DNA from: a virus | IMG/VR virus record: IMGVR_UViG_3300020469_000010 | Direction: 5' to 3' (one strand) | Length of the DNA stretch: 64,000 nucleotides | Shown here: piece by piece, positions 1 through 7,920 of the stretch | Layout of the letters: each line of letters opens with the position of its first letter | Numbering within the stretch: position 1 is the stretch's first letter | Program-made: the position numbers and the translations under genes | The notes under the pieces: model-generated | Databases searched by the model: none | What the model was told of the DNA's origin: nothing | The model's input: only the letters and a program-made list of their open reading frames with translations

Positions 1-380
<380 letters not shown>

Positions 381-387
381 TATAATT

Positions 388-413
388 AGAGGGTGTAACA
401 ACCCTCTTTTTTT
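388..413 (+). terminator. Rho-independent terminator
   Basis: AGAGGGT-gtaaca-ACCCTCT stem followed by T-run. Confidence 0.7.
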
Positions 414-614
414 ATGACTACAATTATTAATCATGCAGTTGCATTTTGGTCTGTAGTTGTAATGAACTGTGTTCAACCTGTAAACTGGGGATATTGTTTA
501 CCAGTTCATGAATGGTTGTTACCTGAAGTTTATGTGGGTATTCAAATGTACCTTGACAAGGAAATGAATTTCTTGTATACTAACGAACGAGATTACTTAA
601 AAAACTTGCAATGA
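414..614 (+). CDS. Hypothetical cyanophage protein
   Basis: 66-aa ORF, ATGA overlap with talC. Confidence 0.6.
   Translation: MTTIINHAVAFWSVVVMNCVQPVNWGYCLPVHEWLLPEVYVGIQMYLDKEMNFLYTNERDYLKNLQ
553..581 (+). promoter_or_regulatory. Sigma70-type promoter for talC
   Basis: TTGACA-17-TATACT, 30 nt upstream of talC start. Confidence 0.65.
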
Positions 615-1261
615 AAATTTTTCTCGATACAGCAGATACGGAAGTGATCCGTCAGTATTTTGAGACTGGACTGGTCGATGGTGTTACAACAAATCCATCA
701 CTTATCATGAAAGCAGGAAGAGATCCTGAAATTGTATATCAAGAGATTAAAGATATTGGTGTAAAAGATATTAGTATGGAAGTCATGGGTGATGCCCAAA
801 ACATGCTAAGTGAAGGACTCAGACTTGTAGAAAAATTTGGTAGTGTTACTACGGTTAAACTTCCTTGCACAAGAGAAGGACTTCTTGTATGTAAAGAACT
901 TAGTAAAGAGAAGGTTCGTACCAATGTAACATTGATCTTCTGTGCATCACAAGCAGTTCTAGCAGCAAAGGCAGGAGCAACCTATGTCTCTCCTTTTGTT
1001 GGACGACTAGACGATCAATCTGTAGCAGGTCTAGAGGTTGTACGGTCTATTTCTGAACTCTATCGGATTCATCGTATGGAGACACAAGTACTTGCTGCTT
1101 CTATTCGTAATGTTCAACGTGCTATCAGGTCTTGGTATAACGGTGCTGAAATCTGCACCATGCCACCAAAGGTATTTGACCAAATGTATGATCACATCTT
1201 GACTGAAAAAGGTCTTGAGATCTTTGATAACGATGCTGCTAAAATTGCATTTACTGCATGA
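611..1261 (+). CDS. talC: Transaldolase (TalC/FSA family), auxiliary metabolic gene
   Basis: MKIFLDTAD, GVTTNPSLI, VKLP, TNVTLIF, YVSPFVGRLDD, LAASIR motifs. Confidence 0.96.
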   Translation: MKIFLDTADTEVIRQYFETGLVDGVTTNPSLIMKAGRDPEIVYQEIKDIGVKDISMEVMGDAQNMLSEGLRLVEKFGSVTTVKLPCTREGLLVCKELSKEKVRTNVTLIFCASQAVLAAKAGATYVSPFVGRLDDQSVAGLEVVRSISELYRIHRMETQVLAASIRNVQRAIRSWYNGAEICTMPPKVFDQMYDHILTEKGLEIFDNDAAKIAFTA

Positions 1262-1482
1262 CACAACTAATTGATCCTACAGATCCAAGATACTTCTCAG
1301 AAACCTCTGATAAATCATATGATCGTCATGTTTATAAACTAACTATTCCTGGATATAAATCTGTCATTATTGAAGACTATGAGATGCTTAGAGCATTATG
1401 GTTTGAACAATGTAGAAATTATAAAGGATGTACAATAGATGTATTGGATGTAAAACCAAAACGAAATAAAGGATTTTCTTGA
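1258..1482 (+). CDS. Hypothetical cyanophage protein
   Basis: 74-aa ORF coupled to talC stop. Confidence 0.6.
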   Translation: MTQLIDPTDPRYFSETSDKSYDRHVYKLTIPGYKSVIIEDYEMLRALWFEQCRNYKGCTIDVLDVKPKRNKGFS

Positions 1483-1546
1483 CTAAATAATCGCATGAGA
1501 GTTGAAACACTCTATGCATATTCAAACATATCTAGAATAACTCTCC

Positions 1547-1582
1547 AGGCAGAGCCCATTATTATGGGTCTGCCTTTTTTTT
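1547..1582 (+). terminator. Rho-independent terminator
   Basis: AGGCAGA-g-CCCAT / ATGGG-TCTGCCT stem then 8 T. Confidence 0.75.
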
Positions 1583-1602
1583 CTGTCCTTTATTTGTACC
1601 GT

Positions 1603-1989
1603 ATGGAACTTTACGCAACTCCTCAAGGATATCTCTATAACTTACACACCGTAAACAGGAAGGAAGCTAAGAAAATGTGGAGAAAAAGAATCAAAGAACA
1701 GTGGGACAATCAATGTGCTTACTGTGGTTCAACTGAAAATCTTACTATCGACCATGTTATTCCCAAGTCAAAAGGAGGAACAAATTTTACACAGAATGTA
1801 GTTTGTTCGTGTTTATCATGTAATGGGTCTAAGGCAAATACTGAATGGAAGGAATGGTATTTAAACCAGGAATTCTTTCAAGAATCGAATAAGAGACGTA
1901 TCCAGGAATGGATAGGACATAAAGAGGATGGTAAAGTTAAATTGTATCGTTGCAAACCTAGGAGAAACTTTATTCCCAATGCAGCATAG
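1603..1989 (+). CDS. HNH endonuclease
   Basis: CAYCG...LTIDHVIPKSKGG...N...CLSCNGSK; start placed at ATG 1603 downstream of the terminator. Confidence 0.88.
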   Translation: MELYATPQGYLYNLHTVNRKEAKKMWRKRIKEQWDNQCAYCGSTENLTIDHVIPKSKGGTNFTQNVVCSCLSCNGSKANTEWKEWYLNQEFFQESNKRRIQEWIGHKEDGKVKLYRCKPRRNFIPNAA

Positions 1990-2014
1990 TTTGCATATAT
2001 AGAAGAATGATAAG

Positions 2015-2038
2015 AGATCCTAAAAATTTTTAGGATCT
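2015..2038. repeat. Perfect 24-bp palindrome, probable terminator hairpin
   Basis: AGATCCTAAAAA/TTTTTAGGATCT followed by T-run, intergenic. Confidence 0.7.
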
Positions 2039-2080
2039 TTTTTATCTCATAAAAATACATGCTATAATACAGGAGTTACG

Positions 2081-2326
2081 ATGGCAAAAAACATGTTTAC
2101 AATTTATTCCAAGACTGGTTGTCCTTATTGTGAAAAGATAGAGAATATTATGAGTCTTGCCAAGCTAGAACATGTCAGATACATGCTTGGGGTAGATTTT
2201 ACCAGAGAAGAATTCTATGCAGAATTTGGAGAAGGATCTACTTTTCCACAGATTGTATGTGATGATAAAAGATTAGGAGGATGCACCGAGACTGTAAAGT
2301 ATCTAAAAGAAAGTAATATGGTATGA
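2081..2326 (+). CDS. nrdC: Glutaredoxin
   Basis: CPYC active site, TFPQI and LGG motifs; AGGAG RBS. Confidence 0.9.
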   Translation: MAKNMFTIYSKTGCPYCEKIENIMSLAKLEHVRYMLGVDFTREEFYAEFGEGSTFPQIVCDDKRLGGCTETVKYLKESNMV

Positions 2327-2541
2327 TACCTGAAAAAAATCTCACAGGAAAGGATCTAAATAGTGTAGACCGTGGGTTTGAACTAATACTATCTCATAGG
2401 AGGACTCATCAAAAAGAAGAACCCCCAAAGTCTTTTTTCTTAAGTTTTAATTTATTTAAATATGAAGTAACTTTTGAGATTAGAAAAAGAAGTTCTCAAA
2501 ACGAGGAGGAAAAACCATGCAAACGGCACTCATTGCGGTAA
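2323..2541 (+). CDS. Hypothetical protein
   Basis: 72-aa ORF in operon context. Confidence 0.5.
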   Translation: MIPEKNLTGKDLNSVDRGFELILSHRRTHQKEEPPKSFFLSFNLFKYEVTFEIRKRSSQNEEEKPCKRHSLR

Positions 2542-2735
2542 GCGTATTACTCTTGATTTCTTATGCGATTATTGGTATAATAGTTGGATGGTTGGTAAGG
2601 GAAAACATTTACTCCTATAAAGGATATATGCATCCAGAAATGTTTGATGAGAATGGTAACGTTTTACCTGACCAAATTTTTGCAGTACGATTTGAAAACA
2701 CTTATGACGACAACGAAACAGAAGAAGACGACTAA
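2517..2735 (+). CDS. Small membrane protein (DUF2973-like)
   Basis: TM helix then HPEMFDENG motif; GGAGG RBS. Confidence 0.65.
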   Translation: MQTALIAVSVLLLISYAIIGIIVGWLVRENIYSYKGYMHPEMFDENGNVLPDQIFAVRFENTYDDNETEEDD

Positions 2736-3255
2736 TATTCTTCCTTCAAATGCTTTTATGCATGAAATTCTTGAACTAACTTCTAAGCAACGAAGTAATG
2801 CTAAAAAAGTAGAGGTTCTTCAGGGAAATAATTGCCTTGCTTTGAAGTCTCTACTTATTTGGAATTTTGACGATTCAGTTATTTCTGTTCTCCCTGCAGG
2901 TGATGTTCCATATGGAAACCTTAAGGAAGATGTAACTGCCTCTGGAAATCTTTCAGATAAAATTAAAACATCTTCACAACAGAACAACTCTATTGCTGAA
3001 GAATCATTACGGGCAAAGAAGACATCTATCCGTAAAGAAAGTGAAAAGTTTTATAATTTTGTAAAAGGTGGTAATGATACACTTTCTTCTATCAGAAGAG
3101 AGGTTATGTTCATCAATATTCTAGAAGGTCTTCATCCCGAAGAAGCAGAAATTCTTTGCCTTGTGAAAGATAAGAAACTTCAAACCAAGTATAAAATTAG
3201 CAAAGCAAATGTTGAAGCAGCATACCCTGATATTTCATGGGGAGGTCGCAGTTGA
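2704..3255 (+). CDS. Conserved T4-like cyanophage hypothetical protein
   Basis: LLIWNFD...LPAGDVPY...RREVMFINILEGLHPEEAEIL; probable start MTTTKQ. Confidence 0.7.
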   Translation: MTTTKQKKTTNILPSNAFMHEILELTSKQRSNAKKVEVLQGNNCLALKSLLIWNFDDSVISVLPAGDVPYGNLKEDVTASGNLSDKIKTSSQQNNSIAEESLRAKKTSIRKESEKFYNFVKGGNDTLSSIRREVMFINILEGLHPEEAEILCLVKDKKLQTKYKISKANVEAAYPDISWGGRS

Positions 3256-3527
3256 AGTTTAAATTTATTCAGCAAGATTGTGATCCAACCTTAGCTGAAG
3301 ATCAATCTCTACCAACAAATTCTTACTTGGTAGAGTATGTTATTGATAAAAAAATACATTATGATATTGTTATGGCAAACAAGTCTGTGGACATCTTTGA
3401 TCACTATTGGGATAATTATCGTCATGATCTTTTAGCATTTAACCAGACTCAAGGAAAAATTAATCCAAAACTATACGGATATAAGGCTAAAGAAAGTAAA
3501 AACCCAAAAAAGAAAAACGATGACTAA
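3237..3527 (+). CDS. Hypothetical cyanophage protein
   Basis: ORF in tightly packed operon; true start may be TTG ~3252. Confidence 0.6.
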   Translation: MGRSQLKFKFIQQDCDPTLAEDQSLPTNSYLVEYVIDKKIHYDIVMANKSVDIFDHYWDNYRHDLLAFNQTQGKINPKLYGYKAKESKNPKKKNDD

Positions 3528-3735
3528 AGGTTTTGATAAATCTTCAAACAATAAAAATCCTGATGATGGAAAGGCAAGAGTTACAATTGATCAGGCTGAA
3601 ATTGACAAAGTTTTGAAGCAGTATAAAAAAATTGGAAAGTATATGAAGTCATCTATTTTTCAAATAAAAACCATGGATGGGACAGAGGAACTTGTTAGTA
3701 AGTTACTTGAAGAATCCCAAGATGTTGACCTCTAA
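3520..3735 (+). CDS. Hypothetical protein
   Basis: 71-aa ORF. Confidence 0.55.
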   Translation: MTKGFDKSSNNKNPDDGKARVTIDQAEIDKVLKQYKKIGKYMKSSIFQIKTMDGTEELVSKLLEESQDVDL

Positions 3736-3758
3736 ATAATTCAAGAGGAAAAGGATAT

Positions 3759-4073
3759 ATGCTCTCCACTCAATATCGACTGAAGATGGAATTCATTTGT
3801 AAGTGCATTGCAAATGGAGAAGAAGTCAAACTAGATGATATGATTTGGGCAAACAAACTCGCTAAAGCAAATACAACTGCTAACGAGATGCTCAAAAAAG
3901 CACGAAGACAATCATCCCAAAAAATTCAAGAAGGAACCATGGATGATTTTCTGAATAGGATGGGTTTAGGAGACCCCGATCCATCCAATCACAAAACGGG
4001 GTTCACTAACACAGACGAAATAGTAGATTGGTTCCGACAGGATAAACCTGATGACTGGAGACAAAGAGACTAA
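3759..4073 (+). CDS. Conserved cyanophage hypothetical protein
   Basis: MLSTQYRL...GLGDPDPSNH...DDWRQRD; late-promoter-like CTAAATA upstream. Confidence 0.7.
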   Translation: MLSTQYRLKMEFICKCIANGEEVKLDDMIWANKLAKANTTANEMLKKARRQSSQKIQEGTMDDFLNRMGLGDPDPSNHKTGFTNTDEIVDWFRQDKPDDWRQRD

Positions 4074-4377
4074 AACCTATCAATATCAATTTGAGTATCA
4101 ATGGGGTGGTGTAGATACACCCTTTACTAAGATGAGACGATGGGCCAAAAAGCAAAATCCTGTTGTTCAGCATGTAGCACTTGGTCTAATTGAGTGGTTG
4201 TGGAATCATTGGGTTGATGGTAGAGTAGACATGGAAATGACTTCTGTTGATAAACAAGCAGAAGAAATACTCAAACAATGGGAAAGTGATGAACCAAAAC
4301 CTAGAATCAAATCTGAACCTTCTGAGGTAGAAGGATTGGATAATATTAGTATCTCTTGGAGACAACACGATGAATGA
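4051..4377 (+). CDS. Hypothetical protein
   Basis: 108-aa ORF. Confidence 0.55.
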   Translation: MTGDKETKTYQYQFEYQWGGVDTPFTKMRRWAKKQNPVVQHVALGLIEWLWNHWVDGRVDMEMTSVDKQAEEILKQWESDEPKPRIKSEPSEVEGLDNISISWRQHDE

Positions 4378-4672
4378 TTTTCTAGACAACTTAGGTGCCG
4401 ATCTTTGGCAAAAAATGCATAAACCTAAGAAACTCAACGGGGTGAAAATTACTCCTCAAACATATATTGATATGAATGAGAGTTTTAAAGAAGAGGGATT
4501 AGCAATTACAATCTCAATCCCAACACAAGAACAAATTGATAAGTGGCAGGAGTGGTCAGATAATACTCCATACATAGAGATGCCTCCCTCAAGAGATTTA
4601 GTACAAGAAATGTTGGATAAGCATAATAGAATAGAAGAAGAACGCAAACTACAATTTGAACTTGACTTATGA
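4370..4672 (+). CDS. Hypothetical protein
   Basis: 100-aa ORF with GGAGA RBS. Confidence 0.55.
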   Translation: MNDFLDNLGADLWQKMHKPKKLNGVKITPQTYIDMNESFKEEGLAITISIPTQEQIDKWQEWSDNTPYIEMPPSRDLVQEMLDKHNRIEEERKLQFELDL

Positions 4673-4833
4673 CTGAAGATTGGAAAGAGGCAACTAATAG
4701 AGTTATTGCCAACAACCTAATTGATAATGTTGGACAACTTCTAAATGCTAAAAGTGTTAGGCATTTTTATTGTTCCGATAAAACCACAACACATAAAAAA
4801 ATTGTTATAGAATATGATAACAAACCAAAATGA
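4669..4833 (+). CDS. Hypothetical protein (54 aa, not in ORF track)
   Basis: MTEDWKEATNRVIANN...KKIVIEYDNKPK*; ATGA overlap with upstream gene, fills the gap. Confidence 0.6.
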   Translation: MTEDWKEATNRVIANNLIDNVGQLLNAKSVRHFYCSDKTTTHKKIVIEYDNKPK

Positions 4834-4846
4834 CAAAAAAGAATTC

Positions 4847-5014
4847 ATGACTGACAAGGAAAAGTGGAATAGAGGACTGGATTTATTCATTGAAAGTGTG
4901 CATAAACCAGATTCTAAATTGAGAGGTTGTGCTCACAATCAGGAATGCTACAATGAATTGATGTGGGTTCGTGAAAATGTTCTTAAGTATCTTGATACAT
5001 TAAGACATTATTAA
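4847..5014 (+). CDS. Hypothetical cyanophage protein
   Basis: MTDKEKWNRGLDLFIESV...CAHNQECYNELM. Confidence 0.6.
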   Translation: MTDKEKWNRGLDLFIESVHKPDSKLRGCAHNQECYNELMWVRENVLKYLDTLRHY

Positions 5015-5016
5015 AA

Positions 5017-5032
5017 TGTATTGCGTTATACA
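5017..5032. promoter_or_regulatory. Putative NtcA binding site
   Basis: TGTA-ttgcgtta-TACA = GTA-N8-TAC with A/T flanks, just upstream of a -35 box. Confidence 0.55.
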
Positions 5033-5039
5033 AAACTTC

Positions 5040-5068
5040 TTGACTATATAATCTACAAGTGCTACAAT
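5040..5068 (+). promoter_or_regulatory. Sigma70-type promoter
   Basis: TTGACT-17-TACAAT immediately before the aptamer region. Confidence 0.7.
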
Positions 5069-5070
5069 GC

Positions 5071-5134
5071 ACTTACGTTCATCCCTAAGTTGCCTTTGGC
5101 GACCAAGTGGGACGCAAGTAAGTCGTAGGAACGG
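5071..5134 (+). ncRNA. Glutamine-II (Downstream-peptide)-type riboswitch aptamer 1
   Basis: CGTTCATCCC...GGGACGCAA...GGAACGG core; pseudoknot ACTTAC/GTAAGT; upstream of a YRG-motif peptide. Confidence 0.7.
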
Positions 5135-5317
5135 AGCGTTCATCCCATGCATGAAATTTTGTTATTAACAACATTATCTTGCTCTGATGCTGGAGTTTTA
5201 ATGCAAAAGATTAGAGCAGATAAAAATCTTGATAGAAATATTAAGATTGAATTGGTGCAAACATTACGATATTCAGTTCCTGAATGTCAATGGGACGCAA
5301 ACGACTGAAGGAACGGG
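5121..5317 (+). ncRNA. Glutamine-II-type aptamer 2 with ORF-containing P2 loop
   Basis: Second CGTTCATCCC (5137-5146) ... GGGACGCAA-ACGACT-GAAGGAACGGG (5292-5317); pseudoknot AGTCG/CGACT. Confidence 0.6.
5147..5308 (+). CDS. Small protein (53 aa) nested in aptamer 2
   Basis: MHEILLLTTLSCSDAGVLMQKIRADKNLDRNIKIELVQTLRYSVPECQWDAND*; GGAG RBS at 5133-5136. Confidence 0.6.
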   Translation: MHEILLLTTLSCSDAGVLMQKIRADKNLDRNIKIELVQTLRYSVPECQWDAND

Positions 5318-5376
5318 AAAACGGATCCTCGGAAACGAGAGAAGGTTCAATTTCACCCAACTTCAGGAGTAAGACA

Positions 5377-5541
5377 ATGAACACACTACAAATCATTAAG
5401 AATCAGATTCAGAAAGCAGCACGTCTTCATGACGCACAAATCTCTCACACCTCATATCGTGGTGTTAAGTATGAGTGCAAGCATGGAGGTAAAGAAGTTC
5501 ATGGAACTTTCTGCTATCGTGGGCATTCTTACAAAAAATGA
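5377..5541 (+). CDS. DUF4278-like 'downstream peptide'
   Basis: MNTLQIIK...SYRGVKY...CYRGHSY (two YRG motifs); AGGAG RBS. Confidence 0.75.
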   Translation: MNTLQIIKNQIQKAARLHDAQISHTSYRGVKYECKHGGKEVHGTFCYRGHSYKK

Positions 5542-5552
5542 TTTAACAATCA

Positions 5553-5591
5553 AGGGATCTGCTTGACAGGTCCTTTTTTTACGCTTATAAT
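5553..5591 (+). terminator. Terminator hairpin overlapping a sigma70 promoter
   Basis: AGGGATCTG/CAGGTCCTT + T-run; TTGACA(5563)-17-TATAAT(5586) embedded. Confidence 0.65.
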
Positions 5592-5613
5592 TAGTAAGGT
5601 AAATCCCAAATTC

Positions 5614-5778
5614 ATGGACAAAGAAAGACTAAAACTGATAATTGCAAACTTAGAGTTGATTCTGGATAGTTTAAAGTCTGAAGTTCTTTCAGATCCTGAT
5701 GCATATCTGCAAAATTATTCCGAAATTACTGACTATGATGAGGTCTTTATTGAAGATGATGATGGATATCAGGACTAA
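5614..5778 (+). CDS. Hypothetical cyanophage protein
   Basis: MDKERLKLII...YDEVFIEDDDGYQD. Confidence 0.65.
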   Translation: MDKERLKLIIANLELILDSLKSEVLSDPDAYLQNYSEITDYDEVFIEDDDGYQD

Positions 5779-5787
5779 AAAACCATT

Positions 5788-5967
5788 ATGTATGAAGAAT
5801 TAGACTCTTTTGAAAGAGCTCTACAACACTTTGGTACGAGAGTAGAGATTGTTACCGCCATGGAAATGGCAAATAAACTTACTACTGAAGATGCCTATCA
5901 AATGATTAAGGATGAACTCAAAGACTTGAAAAAATGTCGTAAACTATTCAAAAAGGAGCAAAACTAA
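5788..5967 (+). CDS. Hypothetical cyanophage protein (59 aa, not in ORF track)
   Basis: MYEELDSFERALQHFGTRVE...DAYQMIKDELKDLKKCRK; TAATG coupling to next gene. Confidence 0.65.
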   Translation: MYEELDSFERALQHFGTRVEIVTAMEMANKLTTEDAYQMIKDELKDLKKCRKLFKKEQN

Positions 5968-6197
5968 TGTCATCACCACGCCTAAGAGATCCATCTGATC
6001 CACTCTATGATCCTACTGATAAGTGGAATGCTTATAAAGTAGACTTTCACGCTAATGAAAAACACTCACCTGATGAGTGGGATCCAAAAACTGAAGGTAA
6101 GATTGCTGATCCACAGGAGAGACATAAAGATAAGGTTTTAGATAAGTTCTGTGATGATCATCCAGGTAGCCCTATGTGTAAAGTATTTGACGAGTGA
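5967..6197 (+). CDS. CP12-like protein (C-terminal CX8C loop)
   Basis: C-terminus LDKFCDDHPGSPMCKVFDE resembles the CP12 C-terminal loop. Confidence 0.65.
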   Translation: MSSPRLRDPSDPLYDPTDKWNAYKVDFHANEKHSPDEWDPKTEGKIADPQERHKDKVLDKFCDDHPGSPMCKVFDE

Positions 6198-6625
6198 TGG
6201 AAGATATTTTACATGGAACTCATTCTGCAAAATACAGTAATGAATATGGTGACTGGAGAATTTTGGACATACGATTGTTCAATGATTTAATTTTAGAGTT
6301 AAAAGATATTCAACATTTTTTGACAGATGATAAGATAAAAATACTTAAGCACAAAGATATTGGTTGGAAAGGAAGACATCTTGATGCTAAACGATCCGGA
6401 TCTGAGTGTATTTGTTGTGATGGTGTGAGATATAGAGAATGTGATCCAAGATATCCTGGTATAGTTCTTGATGGAGGTCCTAATCCATACAAGAAAAGAT
6501 ATAGGATGATTGATGGAAAACATAGAATCTCAAAACTATCTCATACGGGAATTAGAGAAAGTCCATTTTATGTTTTGGACTATGAAACAATCAAACCATA
6601 TTTTAAAATAGAGGAAGAAAAATAA
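6194..6625 (+). CDS. ParB/Srx-like domain protein
   Basis: YPGIV...YRMIDGKHRI motif. Confidence 0.55.
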   Translation: MMEDILHGTHSAKYSNEYGDWRILDIRLFNDLILELKDIQHFLTDDKIKILKHKDIGWKGRHLDAKRSGSECICCDGVRYRECDPRYPGIVLDGGPNPYKKRYRMIDGKHRISKLSHTGIRESPFYVLDYETIKPYFKIEEEK

Positions 6626-6630
6626 GAAGT

Positions 6631-7320
6631 ATGAACGACACTAAACTAATTTCTGTAACACCCAATGCAGAAAGGCACATGGCATATTGTGCTAGGGTAA
6701 GTAACCCTGCTAATCAAGATAATCAGAAAATTGCTGGTCTTCTCAAGTATTGTATTAAACATCAACACTGGAGTATCTTTGAGCAAGCATTTATGACTCT
6801 TGAAATTGAGACTACCAGAGGACTGGCAGCTCAAATTTTGAGGCATCGTAGTTTTACATATCAAGAATTTTCACAACGGTATGCTGACAGTTCTATGTTG
6901 GCAGATAGTATTCCTTTGCCTGAACTTCGTAGACAGGACACTAAGAATAGACAGAATTCTATTGATGATATTGACCCATTTGTTCGTCAAGAGTTCCAGA
7001 TCAAAATGCAAAAGCACTTTGAAGAAGGAATGAAACTGTATCAAGAGATGCTTGATGCATCGATTGCAAAAGAGTGTTCTAGATTTGTACTTCCTTTGGC
7101 CGTTCCCACAAAACTATACATGACGGGTTCTGTGCGCTCATGGATTCATTACATAGATTTGCGTTCTGCACACGGCACACAGAAGGAGCACATGGACATT
7201 GCAGAGTCTGCTAGGTGTATTTTCTGTTGTGAGTTTCCGACCATTGCAGAGGCACTGGAATGGCAGAGAAAAGAGGACTGTCCTGATTGTTACGATCAGT
7301 CTGCTATTACCATAGAATAA
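6631..7320 (+). CDS. thyX: FAD-dependent thymidylate synthase
   Basis: HWSIFE, QILRHRSFTYQEFSQRY, RSWIHYIDLR, QKEH motifs. Confidence 0.95.
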   Translation: MNDTKLISVTPNAERHMAYCARVSNPANQDNQKIAGLLKYCIKHQHWSIFEQAFMTLEIETTRGLAAQILRHRSFTYQEFSQRYADSSMLADSIPLPELRRQDTKNRQNSIDDIDPFVRQEFQIKMQKHFEEGMKLYQEMLDASIAKECSRFVLPLAVPTKLYMTGSVRSWIHYIDLRSAHGTQKEHMDIAESARCIFCCEFPTIAEALEWQRKEDCPDCYDQSAITIE

Positions 7321-7346
7321 ATATTATATACAAAAAGTTCTAGAGT

Positions 7347-7916
7347 ATGAAAGTCACAAAAAATATAACTTATGAAAAGGTTGCTAATCTAATATACTCT
7401 AATAAGATTGTTGCAATTTTTCAGGGAAATGATGAAGGTGGACCTAGAGCTTTAGGTAATAGATCAATTTTATTTAATCCTACACATTCTGGAATGCTCC
7501 GTAAAGTGAATGAAGTGAAATTGAGAGAATGGTATAGACCTTTTGCGGGTTCTATTTTACTGGATGATTTTGGAGAATGGTTTTTGAATGGGTCAATAAA
7601 AGAATCTCCTTTTATGACTTATGCAATAGAAATTAAACCAGATAAAATTTTTAAAATTCCTGCAATCATTCACATGAATAAAACTTGCAGAGTTCAAACA
7701 GTATCGCAAGAACAAAACAATCATTATTATAATCTGATTTCTGCTTTCAAAAAAGTTAGTGGAGTTCCTATTATCGGAAATACATCTTTTAATCTATCAA
7801 GGCAACCAATTGTTCATTCACTTGCTGAAGCCTTACAAACTCTTGATTTTTCAAAAATTGATTACTTGTATCTTCCAGAAAAGGCATGTCTAATTCAATC
7901 ACAGGTTGGGGAATAA
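7347..7916 (+). CDS. Carbamoyltransferase C-terminal (YrdC-like) domain, stand-alone
   Basis: GPRALGNRSIL, VKLREWYRPFA, RVQTV, NTSFN. Confidence 0.9.
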   Translation: MKVTKNITYEKVANLIYSNKIVAIFQGNDEGGPRALGNRSILFNPTHSGMLRKVNEVKLREWYRPFAGSILLDDFGEWFLNGSIKESPFMTYAIEIKPDKIFKIPAIIHMNKTCRVQTVSQEQNNHYYNLISAFKKVSGVPIIGNTSFNLSRQPIVHSLAEALQTLDFSKIDYLYLPEKACLIQSQVGE

Positions 7917-7920
7917 TAAA

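Noticed and set aside
1495-1602. N-terminal extension of the HNH ORF in the track
   Set aside because: Runs through a strong terminator and structured leader; ATG 1603 is the more plausible start
5284-5376. N-terminal extension of the DUF4278-like ORF
   Set aside because: Overlaps the aptamer; the AGGAG RBS points to ATG 5377
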